Below, piece after piece: positions 59,826 to 64,000 of a DNA stretch of 64,000 nt (position 1 is the first letter of the stretch; each line of letters begins with the position of its first letter). Made by a program: the position numbers and the translations under genes. The notes beneath the pieces are model-generated. The model worked only from the letters and a program-made list of their open reading frames with translations. It was not told the origin of the DNA and searched no databases. The stretch lies in contig JAFSYB010000004.1 of the NCBI GenBank assembly GCA_017443765.1, positions 2,665 to 66,664 of the forward strand. Direction: 5' to 3'. This stretch comes from Muribaculaceae bacterium. Lineage in GTDB: Bacteria; Bacteroidota; Bacteroidia; Bacteroidales; Muribaculaceae.

Positions 59826-61979
59826 ATGAACCGACTTACCTTGCTCTTGTGCGCAGCCCTGCTGGCTGTTGCCGCTGTGGCACGCGATGCTGCGCGTGCC
59901 GAGGAACGCTTTATCAACTCGCTGCTCTCGCGCATGACCCTGGAAGAAAAAATCACCCTGCTGCACGGCAACTCCACCTTCTATGTGGGTGGTGTGCCTC
60001 GGCTGGGCATCCCGGAATGGGCCATGAGCGACGGGCCGCACGGCGTGCGCGCCGAGTTTGACCGCCACAGCTGGCTATACGCCGGGTGGACAACCGACTC
60101 GGCCACCTACCTGCCCACAGGCACGGCGATTGCCGCGACGTGGAACGTGGACTTGTGCCGCTCGCGTGGCGAGACGCTGGGCGAGGAGGCGCGCTGGCGC
60201 GGCAAGGACGTGCTGCTGGGGCCTGGCGTGAACATCATTCGCAGCCCGCTGTGCGGCCGCAACTTCGAGTACCTGAGCGAAGACCCCTACCTGGCCGGCC
60301 AACTGGCAGCGGCCTACATCCGCGGGTTGCAGTCGCGCAACGTGGCGGCCTGCGTGAAACACTTCGCGGCCAACAACCAGGAGCGGTGGCGGCTGGAGAA
60401 CAGTTCGCAGGTCTCGGCCCGCGCCCTGCACGAGATTTACCTGCCGGCGTTCAAGGCAGCCGTGCAGCAAGGCGGCAGCCTGTGCGTGATGAGCGGCTAC
60501 AACCAGGTGAACGGCACCTTCTGCGCCGAGAATGCGCCGCTGGTGCTCGACATCCTCAAGGGCGAGTGGGGCTTCGAGGGGGTGTACATGAGCGACTGGG
60601 GCGCGGCACAATCGACAGTGGCCTCGGCGATGAACGGCCTGGACGTGGAGATGGGCACCTGGGCGGGGCACTACGACGAGTGGTTCTTCTCGCGCGCCCT
60701 GCTCCAGGCGGTACGCAATGGCGAGGTGCCGATGAGCGTGGTCGATGAAAAAGTGCGGCGCGTGCTGCGTGTGATGTACCGCACGCGCATGATTGGCAAG
60801 CAGCGGCGCTACGGCCCGGGCAGCATCAACACGGCGGCCCACCAGCAGGAAGCCTACCGCGAGGCCGCCGAGGCCATCGTCCTGCTCCAGAACCGTGGCG
60901 GCCTCCTGCCACTCAATTTGTCGGGGTTGCGCTCGGTGGCGGTGATTGGCGACAATGCCACCCGCGAGCACAGCTTTGGCGGCATGAGCAGCGAAATCAA
61001 GACCCCCTACGAGGTGACACCGCTGCAAGGGCTGCGCGACCGTTTGGCGGGCACGGGTGTCGACCTGCGGTTTGCGCAGGGTTACACCGCAGTGCCCCGC
61101 GACAGCGTGGTGCCGCAGGCGGTGCGCGACAGCCTGGCGGCGCAGGCTGTGGCACTGGCCCAGGCCAGCGATGTGGCCATTGTGTGCTGCGGACTGAACC
61201 ACTACTACGACGCCGAGAATGTGGACCGCGACGACATCCAGCTGCCCTATGGTCAGGCAGCGCTTATCCGTGCCGTGTGCCGCGCCAACCCACGCACCAT
61301 CGTGGTGGTGGTGGCCGGGTCGCCCGTCGACCTGGTGTCGCCGTCGCTGTGCGCGCCGGCCATCGTGTGGAGCTGGCTCGGCGGCATGGAGGTGGGGCAC
61401 GCCCTGGCCGATGTGCTGCTGGGCAAGGTGAACCCGTCGGGCAAGCTGCCGTTCACCATCGGCTACACGCTCGACCAGTACGGCCCGCACGCGCTGGGCT
61501 GCTTCCCGGGTAACCAGCATGAGGTGACCTACGACGAGGGCATCTACGTGGGCTACCGCTGGTTCGAGGCGCGGGGGTTGCCCGTGCTGTACCCCTTTGG
61601 CCACGGATTGAGCTACACCCATTTCGACTACGGCAGCCCGACACTTTCGGCCCGCCGCATGACACCGGGCGACACGCTGTTGGTAACGGTGCCCATCACC
61701 AACAGCGGCCCTGTGGCGGGCAAGGAGGTGGTGCAGCTCTATGTGGAAGATGTGGCTTGCCGCGTCGACCGGCCACGCAAGGAGCTCAAGGGCTTCGCCA
61801 AGGTGGAAGTGCAACCGGGGCAGACGGCCCAGGCCGTGTTCCGGCTCACCACCGACGACCTGGCTTACTACGACGAGCAGCAGATGGGCTGGGTGGCCGA
61901 GCCGGGCGAGTTCCGCCTGCACATTGCGGCCTCCAGCTCCGACGTGCGGCAAACGGCCACGTTCACCCTCGACTTTTAG
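59826..61979 (+). CDS. GH3 beta-glucosidase family protein with Fn3-like C-terminus
   Basis: Signal peptide from ATG 59826; SDGPHGVR, GRNFEYLSEDP, KHFAAN, MSDW, YEEG-type DEGIYVGYR, PFGHGLSYT. Confidence 0.95.
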   Translation: MNRLTLLLCAALLAVAAVARDAARAEERFINSLLSRMTLEEKITLLHGNSTFYVGGVPRLGIPEWAMSDGPHGVRAEFDRHSWLYAGWTTDSATYLPTGTAIAATWNVDLCRSRGETLGEEARWRGKDVLLGPGVNIIRSPLCGRNFEYLSEDPYLAGQLAAAYIRGLQSRNVAACVKHFAANNQERWRLENSSQVSARALHEIYLPAFKAAVQQGGSLCVMSGYNQVNGTFCAENAPLVLDILKGEWGFEGVYMSDWGAAQSTVASAMNGLDVEMGTWAGHYDEWFFSRALLQAVRNGEVPMSVVDEKVRRVLRVMYRTRMIGKQRRYGPGSINTAAHQQEAYREAAEAIVLLQNRGGLLPLNLSGLRSVAVIGDNATREHSFGGMSSEIKTPYEVTPLQGLRDRLAGTGVDLRFAQGYTAVPRDSVVPQAVRDSLAAQAVALAQASDVAIVCCGLNHYYDAENVDRDDIQLPYGQAALIRAVCRANPRTIVVVVAGSPVDLVSPSLCAPAIVWSWLGGMEVGHALADVLLGKVNPSGKLPFTIGYTLDQYGPHALGCFPGNQHEVTYDEGIYVGYRWFEARGLPVLYPFGHGLSYTHFDYGSPTLSARRMTPGDTLLVTVPITNSGPVAGKEVVQLYVEDVACRVDRPRKELKGFAKVEVQPGQTAQAVFRLTTDDLAYYDEQQMGWVAEPGEFRLHIAASSSDVRQTATFTLDF

Positions 61980-61994
61980 CGATGCAAAAGTGGG

Positions 61995-63239
61995 TCAGGA
62001 GAGTATATCCTCGGCCACGGCGAGGGCAGTGAGCATTGCCACGCCGGTGCCGTCGCCCATCACCATGGGGTTGTGCCCGGCCAGCAGCTGCCCGATGGCA
62101 TAGACATTGTGAAGCGGGTTGCCGTCCTTGAGGGGGTGGAACGTGTTGTCGGCACACACCCCCGCACTCATGTAGGGCTGGTTGCCCATCATGCCGTCTC
62201 GGCCCCACAGGTCGCACCCGGCAGGCGCGTTCACGTCGAGTCCCAGCAGTGGCTCGAAGATTCGATTTTGGTCGGCCTCCAGTCCATGGCTCATAAACGA
62301 GCCTGTGGCCATCACAAAGTGGTTGGCAACCCAGGACGCGGGTTGTTTGGCGGCACGCACACCGGTCACACGGTTTCGCTCGAGCGTGGCGCTGCACACG
62401 GCATCGCCCAAGAAATAGTGGCCGCCAAGCATTTGGAAGTAGTGCTTCAGGGCCGAGTTCAGCCGCACGCCGGGCACGGCGGGGGGCATTGTGGCCAGGA
62501 ACCGCAGGGGCTTTTGCACCTGTGCCATCAGGTTGTCGCACACATCGTCGTTCTCGATGCCTGCCACGGCGGGCATGAGCACCATCTGGGCATCGCCGGG
62601 TACTGCGGCATTGATGGCCTGCGCCAGTTGCTTGAGTGCCTGCGAGTTGGCCAGCACCTTGGCCAGCGTGGTAGCGCGCATTTGTGTGGCGCTGCGCCAC
62701 GCCTTGCGCAGTGCGTCGAGGGTGACATCGGCCACAGCCACCTCGCATCCCAGCTGCCGCAGGCCGTGAGCCACAAAGTCGACGGGATAGTCGATAAAGC
62801 CGCTCAAGTTGATGAGTACCACCTGTGTCCAGGGCAAGCGGTCGGGCCGGTCGGTGGTGGCCATTCGCTCCAGCGTGAGCCAGGCGGGCTTGGTCATGCC
62901 CAGGGGGGTGATGCGGTAGTGGTTGCGTGTGGCCTCGCCCAGCGTGATGATGCTGGCATCGTCAAGGAGATCCTTGGCCTTGCCGGCCAGTTTGGCCACA
63001 CGCTCAGCGCCTATTTTGCGGTAAGGGTGGTGATTGTCGAGCGCAGCAATAGCCTCTAACGGATGCTCGACAGCGTTGCCCGCAGCATCGGCACCCAGCA
63101 GTTCCATCGAACCACCGAACAATGGCAAGGTGTTCTGCCCGCCCGCCACCACGGCCACGCGCTGTCCCGCCCGGGCCAGGGTGATGCCGCATGTGAGTGC
63201 GCTCAAGCCGCCGCCAATGATTACTGTGTCGAAACTCAT
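61995..63239 (-). CDS. glpB: Anaerobic glycerol-3-phosphate dehydrogenase subunit B
   Basis: True start MSFDTVIIGGGLS; ATGSFMSHGL; GTGVAMLTA. Confidence 0.92.
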   Translation of the reverse strand: MSFDTVIIGGGLSALTCGITLARAGQRVAVVAGGQNTLPLFGGSMELLGADAAGNAVEHPLEAIAALDNHHPYRKIGAERVAKLAGKAKDLLDDASIITLGEATRNHYRITPLGMTKPAWLTLERMATTDRPDRLPWTQVVLINLSGFIDYPVDFVAHGLRQLGCEVAVADVTLDALRKAWRSATQMRATTLAKVLANSQALKQLAQAINAAVPGDAQMVLMPAVAGIENDDVCDNLMAQVQKPLRFLATMPPAVPGVRLNSALKHYFQMLGGHYFLGDAVCSATLERNRVTGVRAAKQPASWVANHFVMATGSFMSHGLEADQNRIFEPLLGLDVNAPAGCDLWGRDGMMGNQPYMSAGVCADNTFHPLKDGNPLHNVYAIGQLLAGHNPMVMGDGTGVAMLTALAVAEDILS

Positions 63240-64000
63240 TGCTCGTCCTCCTTTCTCGCGATGGCCTTGTCCAGCCCGCACAGCCCCTGGTAGATGGTGG
63301 CTGTGAGCTGGGCCTCGCGCAAAGTGGCTCCCCAGGCAATGGGTTTCATGCCTTTCCAGCGCTCGTCGAGCAACCGGGCCAGGTCGGCCTGCGCCCGGAG
63401 AATGTTATTGTTGATGCGTCCCAGCAGTGTCGCCGCCCGGCAAGCGCACAGACGTCCCTGGCAGACCCCCATGCCCAATCTTGTGCTGCGCCGCAAGTCG
63501 GTGAGGGTGTGCACGTTAAGGTTTTCGAGTGCATAGCGCAGCTCGCCCACGCTCACGCCCTCGCACTCGCACACCATCGCTCGGTCGTCCTCGGTGTCGA
63601 GGCTGATTCTCTCGGTCCAGGTGCCGTGCCGCCCCTTGGCGGCGTTGAAGGCCACGGTGTGGCGCACGTTTTCCTGTTGTGGCTGCCCCGAGCCTGGCAG
63701 CGGCACGCTGGCGGTGTCGCACGGCGTGGTGTTGCCCAGTTTGCGGCAAGCCAGGTCGGTGGCTATTTGCGCCATCAGGCGGTAGGTCATCATCTTTCCG
63801 CCGGTGATGGTGATTAGGCCCGCCATGCCGTCGCGCTGCTCATGGTCGAGGCAGACGATACCCCGGCTGATGCTGCGCCCGGCGGGGTCGTTGTCGGCGG
63901 CCACAAGCGGTCGCACGCCGGCGTAGGCCCTGAGGATGCGGGTGGAGGCCAGCACGGGGGCGATGCGCTGCGCCCCGGCCAGCAGCACGCGCACCTCATC
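63236..64000 (-). CDS. glpA: Anaerobic glycerol-3-phosphate dehydrogenase subunit A, 3' part (runs off window end)
   Basis: YAGVRPL, ITGGKMMTYRLMA, CECE...TRLGMGVCQGRLC 2Fe-2S motif. Confidence 0.93.
   Translation of the reverse strand, partial: DEVRVLLAGAQRIAPVLASTRILRAYAGVRPLVAADNDPAGRSISRGIVCLDHEQRDGMAGLITITGGKMMTYRLMAQIATDLACRKLGNTTPCDTASVPLPGSGQPQQENVRHTVAFNAAKGRHGTWTERISLDTEDDRAMVCECEGVSVGELRYALENLNVHTLTDLRRSTRLGMGVCQGRLCACRAATLLGRINNNILRAQADLARLLDERWKGMKPIAWGATLREAQLTATIYQGLCGLDKAIARKEDEQ

Overview
This is a Bacteroidales chromosome window, probably Muribaculaceae/Sodaliphilus-like. That placement is inferred from TAnnTTTG promoter boxes, SD-less A-rich starts, gene order and dockerin-tailed secreted proteins. 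1-21.8 kb (minus strand): the complete str-S10-spc-alpha ribosomal superoperon (rpsL to rplQ, with fusA, secY, map, infA, rpoA), followed by rpoN, a membrane protein, purE and a window-truncated ispG. 22-40 kb: housekeeping and metabolic genes (dGTPase, pncB, two tandem BspA-LRR proteins with dockerin-like tails, ThrRS-N/uridine kinase, lipoprotein flavin-binding protein, carbonic anhydrase, DUF1460, cydAB, GH92, DUF3667, efp). About 40.2-59.6 kb: a visibly AT-richer accessory/defence hotspot with no integrase in view. It holds a Type III R-M pair (res frameshifted) and two ATPase-PD-(D/E)xK genes, one bracketed by 46-bp direct repeats and one preceded by 3x33-bp repeats. It also holds the core gene rpmH stranded in the middle, a four-gene operon of THREE dynamin-like GTPases plus a small membrane-anchored coiled-coil protein, and a cassette of three tiny genes divergent from a putative regulator. 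59.8-64 kb: GH3 and glpB/glpA (glpA truncated by the window, no glpC after glpB). The best candidate for an undescribed system is the triple-dynamin operon with its neighbouring small-gene cassette. No rRNA, tRNA, CRISPR array or transposase was recognised. All family assignments are from motif recognition by eye, not database searches.
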